Assembly (NCBI GenBank): GCA_964016885.1
Contig: OZ024740.1
Coordinates: 368,590,001 to 368,654,000, forward strand
DNA: 64,000 bases
Direction of reading: 5' to 3'
DNA from: Eledone cirrhosa
Lineage: Eukaryota
The position numbers were made by a program, and so were the translations under genes. The notes beneath the pieces were generated by a model that ran no database searches, was not told where the DNA came from, and was given only the letters and a program-made list of their open reading frames with translations. Below, one piece after another: positions 11,220-23,950 of this stretch; the stretch's first letter is position 1, and each line of letters opens with the position of its first letter.

Positions 11220-11739
11220 TGTGTGTGTGTGTCTGTATATATGTGTGTCTGTATATATGTGTGTGTTGGCGTGCGTGTGTTTGTTTGTGTACGTGTGTAC
11301 ATATACATATGACTTAATATTGTCACATTTTCTCTCTCTCTCTCTCTCTGTCTCTATGTCTCTCTTCCAATCTACTCTCTCTGAACCACCATCTCTTTCT
11401 CTCAATCTTTCTCTCTCTCTATTTATGAATATACCCGGAAAAATCCATATCTCGGAAAGCATTGCTACGATTTACGCGAAACATGTTTTATTCCATTCGT
11501 ATTCTCATTTCAGGAAGAACTACGTTCACAGCATTTTCTCATTATGCTACGATTTGGCTGTATTAAATTACAGATAAGCACACAATTACAGAGTTTTAGT
11601 AGTTTCTATGATGAGGCGATAAACGAACTTATCTTAGTGTGTCACTGATTTTGCAGGAAATAGTAGTAAGAATCGTTATAGATAATATATTAATTACCCT
11701 GAAAGCTGTGGAACCTTACAAAATTTAAACAGAGACATA

Positions 11740-12115
11740 CCTGTAAGAGAACCAACCAGAGCCAGTAACGGAAGAAGATAATATTAAAATCGTTTGGGAT
11801 TGGTTAATTTTCACAGCCGTAAGAATCCAATATATAGACCAAAATCATTAAATGGGGATGGAAGCGAAATTTTGAAATAATATTGTTATTCGTTAGATAA
11901 AATATATTAGAGAAACAGAATCAATAATAAAACTTATAGATAATGATTGAAAATATGTGGCATCATAAAACGAAAAAAGCCAGTCAGGGTGAGATGTAAC
12001 AATAGAAGGATGTAAGAAACATCGTATAGCTATAGATGAACTCTCTCTTCAGAAGATTCAAAATACAGTATTGGCTAACATTGAAGGAATATTAGGAACT
12101 GTCATCACAATGTAC
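11740..12115 (+). pseudogene. Highly decayed R4/Dong C-terminal remnant
   Basis: PEPVTEEDNIKIVWD and IQNTVL..ILGTV resemble PEAVTEGDKVTILWD and IQKIVL..ILRK of the Dong copies at 47740-48812. Confidence 0.45.
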
Positions 12116-12199
12116 AAATGAATTATCTTGTACATGTAATTTAAAGTAACATATATTAAATTATGGCCATTTACACGTTCAATAAATTATAAGGTATAT

Positions 12200-12245
<46 letters not shown>

Positions 12246-12255
12246 TTATTTATTC

Positions 12256-14943
12256 AAATAACAGATTAAAGTTTAAGCAAAGAATCGCTGCTTTCACCCT
12301 TAACGGGATCTTTTGAAACTAACAAATCAATCTGTGAATGCAGAAGTGAATATTTAAAAAAACGTGCACCGGAGGAAGACAGGAAGACGATACTTTGGTT
12401 CGTGGAAACGTTCCCTTCACAAAACATACAGGTAATATATACATATGGATTTTAGTCTTCAAATTTATTACTTTTACTATTTGGCTCCCTCGGTTGAGCA
12501 CTCTATTGACTTATATTCATTATGCAGAAACACCATCTGAATATTTCTACAAAGAACATACCCGTTCCAAGAAGGAAAACATACCTAAAACTCCTGATAC
12601 AGAAAACAGACGCGTCAATTAAAAGGTTGCGTTGGCGTGCCTTTTATTTCGATAATCATGGGAAAGCAGACAACAAACAGGGTACATTTGGGTTTAAAAC
12701 CTATAATATCCCTCCGGGTAACCCAGCATTGCTACCCTTTGAAAATGATGTCTTGGAACTCATACGGAGTATCTCATTTCGGAATAGGAGCAATTCCTTC
12801 CAGCTGGACCTGAAGAATAGAATTCGTTCTATTAAGGATTCTAATGCCATGCACGTCCATTCCGACACAACTGGCAACCTATATCAAGTGGAGCGCAGTA
12901 CTTACCATCAACTACTACATAATGCTGTAACTAAGGAGTACCGTAAAACTAATCGATGCGTCATTAATGAAATAAACGATGCTGGGTTTAAAATCACCTC
13001 TGATCTCAACATCCTGGACCGTACCGAAACTCTGGACCCTATTTCTCCCCACTTTACCCTGAAGGATCACAAATCCAATTTTCCTAACAACTCCTCTATT
13101 CGGCTTATTAACCCCACGAAGTCCGATTTAGGTAGACTTAGTAAAAGGATTATTGATAGAATTATACCTGAAATTAGAAGTTTCGCCCCTCTTGCACTGT
13201 GAAACAATTCTTTCGCGGTGATTGATTGGTTCAACGGCATATGCAACAAGGAATATTCGACATCAATAATTACTACTCCTCCATCACTTTACCACTTCTC
13301 CTTAGAGCTATCAATTTCGCTAAAACACTCACAGTGGTTAAGGATTTCGAAATTGATGTCATCCGCAATGCCCGTAAGTCGGTGATTAATTTCGACGACT
13401 CTATTTGGATAAAAACATCTAATAGTACCCCATTCGACGTGAGTATGGGCACCAGCGATTCTGCGGAGGTTACTGATCTTATCGGCCTTTTCCTTCTTTT
13501 CTCTATCAAGGACGAATTCCTCAACGTGGGCGGTGGTTTGTACCGTGATGATGGTCTTTTGACCATGACTAAGTGCGGCCCACGTGCTTGCGACATGTTC
13601 AGAAAGTAACTCACAGCCTTCTTTAAAGGCTTCAACCTCTCTATACAGGTTGAGACCAACCTCTCGGTCGTTAATTACATCGACGTTACCCTCAATTTAT
13701 CGAATGGCTTGTATTACCCATATAGAAAGCCGAATGATACGCTTAATTACATAAGTAAGTATTCTAACCATCCTGCCAGCATACCCATTAACCTGGTAAG
13801 AAACGTTTCTTTGAGGCTTTACCGTCTATCTACTAACGAGCATATTTTCAACGAAGATATTACAATGAAACTCTTGCTCGGAGTTGATTTATCGATAAGG
13901 TAGCATATACAGAGTACGACAATAGATCTAGTAGAAATAGATCCCGACGCATTATATGGTATAACCTACCATGTAATACGGAGATGGCCACACCATTAGC
14001 TAAGGTCTTTCTCTCCCTTATTACGAAGCATTTTCCCCCTACACATAAATATAGTAACATTTTTAATAGAAATACTACTAAAATTTCTTACTCTACGACA
14101 CCTAACCTTGCACATAACATCACAGCTTCAAATTTAGCTAAACTACCTAGCCGTAGGAACACGTTCAACCCTGTAGTTAGTACTAACTGTAATTGTAGGA
14201 GTCGGATTGACTGCCCCCTATCCGGGAAATGCCTCTCTAGTAACATTGTCTACAAATGTAAGGTTGAAACACCCTCGTCCCGTAGGGCCTACATGGGTTT
14301 AGCCGCCAATAGATTTAAGCAGCGTCTTTACATGCATACCCATTCTTTTCTTTACCCTCTAAGAAGGAATATGACGTCACTTTCAGCTTATATCTGGAGT
14401 CTAAAAGACAAACACACACAATATAAATTACACTGAGAGATCCTAGCTAGGGCTAGATCGGATAACGGAAATAAAAGACCATGTGAACTCTGCGCCGCTG
14501 CGGCCCTGGAAATACTCTACGCCACAGATCACATCTTAAACAAAAAATCTGAGGCAAGTTCGGCTTGTAAACATAAATTGCACAAAACTTTCCTGTAAGG
14601 ATCTATACGCGGATATTTTACGTCTTGATGTGGTAGCTAAGTATATGTTATGTTTATACCATTACTTATTTGTATAGGTATGTATATATTACCTGTATGT
14701 TTTGTGAAGGGAACGTTTCCACGAACCAAAGTATCGTCTTCCTGTCTTCCTCCGCTGCAACGTTTTTTGAAATATTCACTTCTGCGTTCACAGAAGATCC
14801 CGTTAAGAGTGAAAGCAGCGATTCTTTGCTTAAACTTTAATCTGTTATTTTAATAAATATTTGGTCTACGGTTGTTATATAATTGATATATATTTATCCT
14901 TATCGAGCACTCTTTGGATTCTAGTCTTCAAATTTATTACTAT

Positions 14944-14946
<3 letters not shown>
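12256..14946 (+). mobile_element. Full-length decayed Naiad-type PLE (family D) with inverted pLTR at 12256-12445
   Basis: Inverted pLTR, then a 35-nt direct pLTR end (12446-12480 matches 14914-14948), ORF and 3' pLTR; (TA)n on both sides. Confidence 0.92.
12522..14598 (+). pseudogene. Naiad RT + GIY-YIG polyprotein with several stops and frameshifts
   Basis: STKNIP, RWRAF, LKDHK, RLINPTKSDLG, FDINNYYSSI, MGTSDSAEVTDLIG, GLYRDDG, CNCR..CPLSGKC, IVYKC..AYMG, CELC. Confidence 0.93.
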
Positions 14947-14987
<41 letters not shown>

Positions 14988-14990
<3 letters not shown>

Positions 14991-16892
14991 AAAGTTTTAT
15001 TTAAAATTGTTGGGTTACAACAAGTAAATATTTTATAACTGATATAAAGCGCTCAACAAGTTTTGGAGTAGATATACGATATTAAACAAATGGAAACTAT
15101 ATTTATAAAACCATATTTATTTCATTATACATATTTCGGGGATACCATATTAAAAATATGGCATGCCTTCTTCAGATAAAATACAATATATAAGCAGTTT
15201 TATAAATAATTTTGACCTACCATAAATATTGATCAACTTTCATGTAAGTAGTTGGTTTGGTAGTGAGATGTTTATAAATATTTAGTGTTAAGCATAGTTA
15301 AAAAGAAAGACGGAGAAAAAGAAGAAATGTATGTAAAGAAAAGCAGAGAGAAATAGAGAGAGAGAGGGGAGAGAGAAATAGTGAGGTGGTGAAAAAAGAG
15401 AGTCAGCTGAGGCAACAGATGAATAATAATAATTCATCATACAGATTGAGCGATTTAGTAGGGAGGGAGTACTGTAATTATTTAGTTATAGTGTTAATGT
15501 CTCAGATGAGGAATTAAAAGCAATCCCTCTTGAGACAATATTCCAAAACATCGAATATCAACGTCATCATGTTTAAGTTGCCAGAGTAAGCCTGATAGTG
15601 AAGTTGAAGATTTTTTGATTGGATCTGTGAAAGAATTCTTATGATTATTATAGCGAAGTTTAAATTCTGTCGAGGTGGAACCAACATAGTTAAAAGAATT
15701 TAAGTTAGTTTTAACATTACAATTGTATATTATATTTTTAACTAAGCAATTGTTATTTAACGGACATTTAGATATATTTCTACAGTTACAGTTGTTTAAT
15801 TGAATATTGTTTAGGCTATTATCGGTATTTTGGCTAGGTTTTAGATTTCTATTATTTACTCAGTTAATATTCTGTGCTAAATTTTTGGTGGACGAGTAAG
15901 TTGATTTTATAGTATGTCTATTAACAATTGAGTGATATTTATGTGTTCTAGGGAAGCGTTTGTCAAGAGCATTAAAAATTAGTTTAGCAATGTGGGTTTT
16001 AATATTTAGTGAGAAAGGGGGGGGGGGCAAACCATATTATATTTCTAGTTCTATTTCTTTTCTGGCTTTTGGAATTATTGTAATATTTTCTATTATAGTT
16101 GTTAAAGTTGTTACCGTAATTAAAATTGTTATTAATTTGGTTAGTTTGCCTATTATTATCGATGTACTTAATTTTATCACTATATCCTGCTCTAGCTAAC
16201 GCTTCATTGTAATACCGCGCTTTTTCGTCGAAAATATTTTTATTAGATGATATTCTTGAGATACGTTCTTGAACAGAGTTCACTATAGTATTTTTAACAG
16301 ATCTGGGGTGATTAGAGTTAAAATTGACATAATTCAAGTTTTCATTTAGTTTGTGAAATGGATAGTGAAGACATGTGTTGAGATTTAGTGTTACATCTAG
16401 GAAATTCACTATTCTATGGTCATCCTGTATTTCTGTTTTTAGATTAAGGTAATTAAAAAATTGTATAATTTGTTTTTTTTTTCTATTTAGTTCAGAGTTA
16501 TTATTTTCAATAAGTAAAAGCATGTCATCACGATATAATCCTCCGGTTACACCAGGTATTTTTCTATGCAGCGAATTAATTATAAATAGGCCCACAAGGT
16601 CCGTTACCTGAGCTGAGTCAGATGATCCCATAGTAATGTCGAAATTATTATCTCTATCTGCCCTAGTCCATAGTTGGTTATTAAATTCTATCAATGTTTT
16701 CCTTGCCGATAATATAATGTGCATTTCATTACTAGTTAGGTCTGTATGTTTGAATGCGTAATTTAGTGCCTTATTCAGTAGATTAGGAGTAATAGATGAA
16801 TAGTAGTTAGCAATATCTAGTTGAATAAATTTATTATTATTGTTATATTTAATTTCTTTAAACCACTCAATAACCTCACCAGTTCCCTTCCA
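14988..16892 (-). mobile_element. Inverted, 5'-truncated, internally deleted copy of Naiad family E
   Basis: Reverse complement of 18049-19441 joined at about 15497 to sequence from 20851 onward; RT fragment ORF 15999-16898. Confidence 0.92.
15118..15183 (-). ncRNA. Type I hammerhead ribozyme (family E)
   Basis: Reverse complement of 17104-17169. Confidence 0.75.
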
Positions 16893-17103
16893 GTTCACCT
16901 CCTCACTATTTCTCTCTCCCCTATCTCTCTCTATTTCTCTCTGTTTTTCTTTACATACATTTCTTCTTTTCCTCCGTCTTTCTTTTTAACTGTGCTTAAC
17001 ACTAAATATTTATAAACATCTCACTACCAAACCAACTTCTTACATGAAAGTTGATCAATATTTATGGTACGTCAAAATTATTTATAAAACTGCTTATATA
17101 TTG

Positions 17104-17169
17104 TATTTTATCTGAAGAAGGCATGCCATATTTTTAATATGGTATCCCCGAAATATGTATAATGAAATA
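17104..17169 (+). ncRNA. Type I hammerhead ribozyme (family E, 5' pLTR)
   Basis: tattttat CTGAAGA aggcatgccatatttttaatatggtatcccc GAAA tatgta TA atgaaata. Confidence 0.75.
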
Positions 17170-17349
17170 AATATGGTTTTATAAATATAGTTTCCATTTG
17201 TTTAATATCGTATATCTACTCCAAAACTTGTTGAGTGCTTTATATCAGTTATAAAATATTTACTTGTTGTAACCCAATAATTTTAAATAAAACTTTTGCA
17301 TATATTTTTGCTCCAATACTGTTGAGCGCTTTATATTATAACTGAAAAA

Positions 17350-19552
17350 ATGGAATTCTTTAAGATATCTTCTTCTCTAAAAGACATACCTCTACCTAAG
17401 AACAAAGACTTTATTAAACAATTAATAGAAAAATCAGACTCTTTTATAAGAAGAATCAGGTGGCGTGCCTTCCACTTTGATAAATCTAATCTAAATGAAA
17501 ATGTTTCAGACTTAGATAAAGTTTTCAAATCTAAAAAAAAATCCCCCCCCCCCAACAAACTTTTAATGGATTTTGAAAACGATATAATTTCTATCATACA
17601 AGGAGTCAAATTGAAGAGAAACTTCAAAGGCCAGGACTATCTAAGAAGCATTAAGGATAATATTGAAAGCTTGGAGAGAACAGAGAAGATCTTGGTGAAA
17701 TCGGACAAAACCAACAACCTTTATGGAGTGCAAATAGACATGTATAATGGCCTTATACTGAAAGAACTAAGGAAAAAGTACAAGGTAGCAGATAAGGATG
17801 AACTGGAAAAAATGAATGTTGAGGCATCTTGTATAATGCATGAGTTGAACATTGAGAACAAAACACAACCCTTCTTGCCTAGGAAACCCAAGATCAATAT
17901 GAAAGATCACAAAAGAAATTTTGAAAATGATTTGCCAGTCAGATTGATTGCACCATCAAAATCTGACCTGGGTAAACATAGCAAAAACATTCTAGACAGG
18001 GTGATACAGCAAATTAAAAACTTACATAATTTACCTAACTTAAACTTATGGAAGGGAACTGGTGAGGTTATTGAGTGGTTTAAAGAAATTAAATATAACA
18101 ATAATAATAAATTTATTCAACTAGATATTGCTAACTACTATTCATCTATTACCCCTAATCTACTGAATAAGGCACTAAATTACGCATTCAAACATACAGA
18201 CCTAACTAGCAATGAAATGCACATTATATTATCGGCAAGGAAAACATTGATAGAATTTAATAACCAACTATGGACTAGGGCAGATAGAGATAATAATTTC
18301 GACATTACTATGGGATCATCTGACTCAGCTCAGGTAACGGACCTTGTGGGCCTATTTATAATTAATTCGCTGCATAGAAAAATACCTGGTGTAACCGGAG
18401 GATTATATCGTGATGACATGCTTTTACTTATTGAAAATAATAACTCTGAACTAAATAGAAAAAGAAAACAAATTATACAATTTTTTAATTACCTTAATCT
18501 AAAAATAGAAATAGAGAATAACCATAGGATAGTGAATTTCCTAGATGTAACACTAAATCTCAACACAAGTCTTCACTATCCATTTCACAAACTAAATGAA
18601 AACTTGAATTATGTCAATTTTAACTCTAATCACCCCAGATCTGTTAAAAATACTATAGTGAACTCTATTCAAGAACGTATCTCAAGAATTTCATCTAATA
18701 AAAATATTTTCGACGAAAAAGCGCAGTATTACAATGAAGCGTCAGCTAGAGCAGGATATAGTGATAAAATTAAGTACATCGATAATAATAGGCAAACTAA
18801 CCAAAATAATAACAATTTTAATTACGGTAACAACTTTAACAACTATAATAGAAAACATTACAATAATTTCAAAAGCCAGAAAAGAAATAGAACTAGAAAT
18901 ATAATATGGTTTGCCCCCCCTTTCTCACTAAATATTAAAACCCACATTGCGAAACTATTTTTTAATGCTCTTGACAAACGCCTCCCTAGAACACATAAAT
19001 ATCACTCAATTTTTAATAGACATACTATGAAATTAACTTACTCGTCCACCAAAAATTTAGCACAAAATATTAACAGAATAAATAATAGAAATCTAAAACC
19101 TAGCCAAAATACCGATAATAGCCTAAGCAATGTTCAATTAAACAACTGTAACTGTAGAAATAAATCTAAATGTCCGTTAAATAACAATTGCTTAGTTAAA
19201 AATATAATATACAATTGTAATGTTAAAACTAACTTAAATTCTTTTAACTATATTGGTTCCACCTCGACAGAATTTAAACTTCGCTATAATAATCATAAGA
19301 ATTCTTTCACAGATCCAAACAAAAAATCTTCAACTTCACTATGAGGCTTACTCTGGCAACTTAAACATGATAACGTTGGATATTCGATGTTTTGGAATAT
19401 TGTCTCAAGAGGGATTCCTTTTAATTCCTCATCTGAGACATGTGACCTCTGTAAAATCTAAAAATTCCCTTAATTTAAGGAGCAATTTATTCAGTTGCTG
19501 CAGACATAGATTGAACTCAACGTTTAAATATAAATATACATTTAAAATGTAG
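17350..19552 (+). pseudogene. Naiad RT + GIY-YIG ORF, open for 664 aa, then premature stops and a frameshift in the endonuclease tail
   Basis: SLKDIP, RWRAF, KSDKTNN, MKDHK, LDIANYYSSI, MGSSDSAQVTDLVG, GLYRDD, NFLDV, WFAPPF, CNCR..CPLNNNC, IIYNC..YIGST; continues past TGA 19342 as GLLWQLK..CDLC..LNLRS..CRH. Confidence 0.95.
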
Positions 19553-21165
19553 TATAATTAGTTAAGATATTTAATTAATGTATGAAACCTGACGATAAAT
19601 CTTTCGATTCCTTCAACTTTTTCTTTTAAACCTTCTACATAAATATATAATAATGATGTAATTAAACTACCCTAAAATGTAGATGCTCCCAATATATTGA
19701 ATACATTTTACGCTAGATATACTTCTATACTAAATATAAGAGCATCTGTAGAGCAACAGGGTCTCCTAAATCTTTTAAATGATTTCTGCTAAATAAGTTT
19801 TGTTGAATAATTTTTGGTTTTTTGTTTGCTTTTTGATTCTGATTGCTTCTAATGAACTTGACAATATATTGTCAGATGAATTGGAAGGGTAGATTTCTGT
19901 GGTTGATAAGGGGGACATACTGTGTTTTTTATGGCCCGAGATACTCTAGGGAGTGATGAAAATATTTTTAACGTTTTGATATCTCTGTGCTGATATATTA
20001 ATATCTGGTTGTCTCTGTACAAAGGCCATATGTATTAATATGAATATGGAATGATTACAGAGTATATTTTATTTTATCTGTTTATTTTATCTGTCCATGT
20101 ACATATATGTGCGCACGCATATATATATATATGTATGTGTGGCTATGGTTCTGGATATGTTACAGATATGCATAATATTCTATACATGAACGATAATCAT
20201 GTATGTGAGGGCAGAAATATTAATATATATTTTTATGTATATATATATATAATAAAATCTTTTATAACACAAGAGAACATGTTTTTGTGTGAAACAAGAA
20301 ATTACAGAGTTGATCACGTAAGATCACGGGTATGTCTATAGTATCAACTAGAACTTGAGATGACCTTCTCTTTCTCTTTCTTTCCTTCTCCGGAAAGTAC
20401 ATATATACTTATGTATTTCCGTATTTTTTGAAGTTTTATCTCAGTTTTTGGTACATCGACCTAAGAATTTTAAACTAAACATATGGTCATTATTTTTCAC
20501 ACATTATATATCTATGTCTCATTCATGAATATTGATATTTACATTATAATACCCAATTCATATGAATTGATAATTCAAATTCATAGGACATAACGTAAAC
20601 ATGTAAATCTATCATCCTTCTCTCTAGATATAGCTCTTTCTTCTCCTTCCTCTTTATACATGATGAAATTTAAGTATCGGTTATTTTAACTTTGCCTCTC
20701 GAGCTTCTCTCTTGTTTTCTCTCTTACTTCTCTCCTATTTCTCTCACCTCCCCATATATAATTATTATTTGGTCTACCTCTTTTTTCCCCCCACCTCTAT
20801 CTTTCTCTATCTCTCTGTTTTCTCTTTATTTTTTATTTCTCTCCGTCTCCTTAACACTATAACTAAATAATTACAGTACTCCCTCCCTTCTAAATCTCTC
20901 AATTTGTATGATGAATTATTATTATTCATATGTTGCCTCAGCTGTCCTCTCTTTTTTCACCTCCTCACTATTTTTCTCTCCCCTATCTCTCTCTATTTCT
21001 CTCTGTTTTTCTTTACATACATTTCTTCTTTTTCTCCGTCTTTCTTTTTAACTGTGCTTAACACTACATATTTATAAACATCTCACTACTAAACCAACTT
21101 CTTACATGAAAGTTGATCAATATTTATGGTACGTCAAAATTATTTATAAAACTGCTTATATATTG

Positions 21166-21231
21166 TATTTTATCTGAAGAAGGCATGCCATATTTTTAAT
21201 ATGGTATCCCCGAAATATGTATAATGAAATA
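21166..21231 (+). ncRNA. Type I hammerhead ribozyme (family E, 3' pLTR)
   Basis: Identical to 17104-17169. Confidence 0.75.
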
Positions 21232-21272
21232 AATATGGTTTTATAAATATAGTTTCCATTTGTTTAATATCG

Positions 21273-21305
<33 letters not shown>

Positions 21306-21382
21306 ATGTGTGTGCGTGTCCGTGTGCGTTTGTGTGTTTATCGATGGTTGTTTCTGTGCCTACGTGCGTGTCTCTATGTGTG

Positions 21383-21452
<70 letters not shown>

Positions 21453-22094
21453 TCCAAAATTAATATATTAATATCCACCATTCAGTTATACAACCAAACC
21501 GCATATTTCCTGCTATAAATAATGTGCACATATGACAGAATATATTCAGTGAATTGAAATATAACATCTGCAATATCATACGGTTATCACTACCACCGTT
21601 GTATTTAATGAATGCGGAGATTGTCGGCCGTATTATAAGTAAATTCATTAAAGTTGCAGACAAATTTTAAAAACGGCCCCATGATAACATTCACAGGATC
21701 TTGCAAGAAGGTTTATCAGATGTATCAAATAGTATGAACAGAAACCTAGTACGCAGAGCAGTGAGACACAAATGTAGAATTAGAAGATATGTAACTAATT
21801 CAGAATTAAAGATCCAGCACCACCATTAAGTGCATGTAAAACAAGTTGATGCTGTTATTGTTAAATAAAAGGACACTGCGCTATTATATGATGTACTACA
21901 GCTGCATATGCTGTACGAGAGCATAACAGAGTAAGTGAGAATGAGAAGGAAATATCTCAGCTCTACCAAAATGCAAGGAAATATCCGTGGAAAATGTTGA
22001 ACACGAGAAAGCTTGAAGTGATAACAATTCTATTGTTTGTCTTAAAGTTAACAACTAAAATAAGAACGTTGATAACAAAATAGAGAATTGATAA

Positions 22095-22365
22095 ATTTGA
22101 TGCTGAATGCTGCAGGTTGGAATGAAAATAACTGTAGCGAATCCTGAGGCACTGGACATCCCTAGGAAGCCTTAATAGTGTACTCTACATGTGAATGGAA
22201 TTGCACTGAAGCAGGTGGAGAAGTTCACGAGTGATGGAAGCCTGGAGGCTGAATTATGAGCAAGAATTGCAGGAACTGGTGAATTAATGAACGAGAGGTT
22301 GGTGTAAATGCCAACTCACTATCTTCAATTTAGTATTGGAGGCAACACTTACCTATGCTTATGTC
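22095..22365 (+). pseudogene. RTE-clade LINE RT C-terminal fragment
   Basis: CTLHVNGIALKQVEK..FTSDGSLEAEL.ARI..LTYA, homologous to 46588-46740. Confidence 0.6.
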
Positions 22366-23912
22366 TCCTTAATAATGAGAAAAGGTGAAGAAAAACTGGA
22401 ATTGACATATTTTTTTCAACACTTAATAGGTAATGAGATTGCAATCTTTACACCGTTATATCGATATCATTTGATTCGTTATAACATTAAGTATCATTAT
22501 CAAAATGTTAATTCTTGAAGTGAGTACATTCTCGTGTACAATCTTCTAATTATACGTTTAATTACTTTTGTTCTTTCGTTAGTTTTGTTAGCCACACTAA
22601 CATAAATATATATTCTGCAAATTATAACTCACCATTCATGGTCAAAGCTTTTCTTATGCACATCCCTATGGTATTAAATGTTTATGCACCGTGTTTATTA
22701 ATCACCATTGAATAAGATAAACGTGAAACTAAATTCTTTGTAAAAGATTCAGTTTAGTAGACAATATTCAACTGCTCTAGAATGTATTCACAATTTAACC
22801 ACCATGAACTCCTCTATTAAATATTACGCTTACAATAACGCCGACAACTTAACAATTTCCAAAGTATCATGTGTGTGACAGTAAAGCCCTTTACATGTCA
22901 GCAAATAGTTATACATTTCAATGTTCCCGCTTTCACAACATGTTTTACTTCGGTGAATAATCTTTTTTTTCTCTATTTCTCGTTCTATTTTTCTCTCAAT
23001 GTCTTTCTCTATCCGTCTCGCTTTTTCTCTTTGATACTTCTTCCATCCATATACCATATGTACGAACGCATATTCATATTATGGATAAGGATAATATAAT
23101 ATTGCCAGAACGCCAATATTTTGTGGGAAATCATTGCTGACTTATTCAATTCAGGATTTGGAAGCTCGATTGTAGGTAATTAAAACATGAGCAACAGCAT
23201 TCTGCATGCTGCCCTACAGAAAAAAAGAAACCTTGTCAGCTTTGTCGATGAAATATCACATACTCGGTCAAAAGAACGTCTTACATTAAATTAACAATTA
23301 AGTGACTGAATATTGCATAGACACGTGTCTCTTCAACGTAATTCTCATAGAGTCAAATTGAAAATGTGTACAACAAGGCAGTCATGTTCATTTATATATA
23401 CATTCCTATCAACAATCATAGACTAATGAAGCCCACACCCATGGCTTGATTCCATATGATGTTGTGGTAAACGACACAAACTCATGATTCTACTGCAAAT
23501 AAAGTCCAAAACAAATGAATGTAAAGTTAACATCTTAATCTGTTTGCCATTTCGTTTCTATGTAGCATGTATATGCTGATTTTACAGCCTCCTCTAAATA
23601 CATCAATATTAGTAATAACATCTTCTAAAATGTATGTACTTACCAATTTAAACAATTAATGCAGTTCTCTACAAATTTAAAGATTATCACTTCAAAAACG
23701 TTTAATATAATTTGTAACACATTTTTCTTGTAAGTAAGTAAGTAATTGCAGGCTTGTTAATGGTAATCAGTGGCTATAAGGTTTTCTGAGAGACGTATAA
23801 TTTGCCAAATTTTGAGTATGAAATGATATCGAATGTAAATGTTTTACATGTATTTGTATATATATATATATATATATATAGAAGCGGTTACACAACAGTT
23901 AGTTCACCATAC

Positions 23913-23950
23913 CGAGAACAATTGTTTCACCTTAGCGGATCCTCAGCTCG
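23913..23950 (-). ncRNA. Type I hammerhead ribozyme (family A)
   Basis: cgag CTGAGGA tccgctaaggt GAAA caattg TT ctcg. Confidence 0.8.

Larger units (their letters stand above)
16894..21272 (+). mobile_element. Full-length Naiad-type PLE (family E) with direct pLTRs
   Basis: 5' pLTR 16894-17212 matches 3' pLTR 20956-21272; they flank the ORF and a 1.4-kb UTR; ends in (TA)n. Confidence 0.95.

Noticed and set aside
13200-14436. Two TGA codons in family D as recoding or an alternative genetic code
   Set aside because: Both sit at conserved Trp positions (TGG to TGA) in a copy that also has a TAA stop and frameshifts, which is ordinary decay.
15490-15505. 1.4-kb deletion in the inverted family E arm as a spliced intron
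   Set aside because: It can start with GT but ends in CT, not AG; no register gives GT-AG on either strand.
19342-19344. In-frame TGA as selenocysteine (some Naiads are selenoproteins)
   Set aside because: The inverted copy has TCA (Ser) at this codon (15593-15595), it is not a conserved Cys position, and I found no convincing SECIS downstream.
21600-21800. Possible MULE/FLYWCH-type transposase remnant
   Set aside because: The resemblance is impressionistic, interrupted by stops and lacks diagnostic residues.
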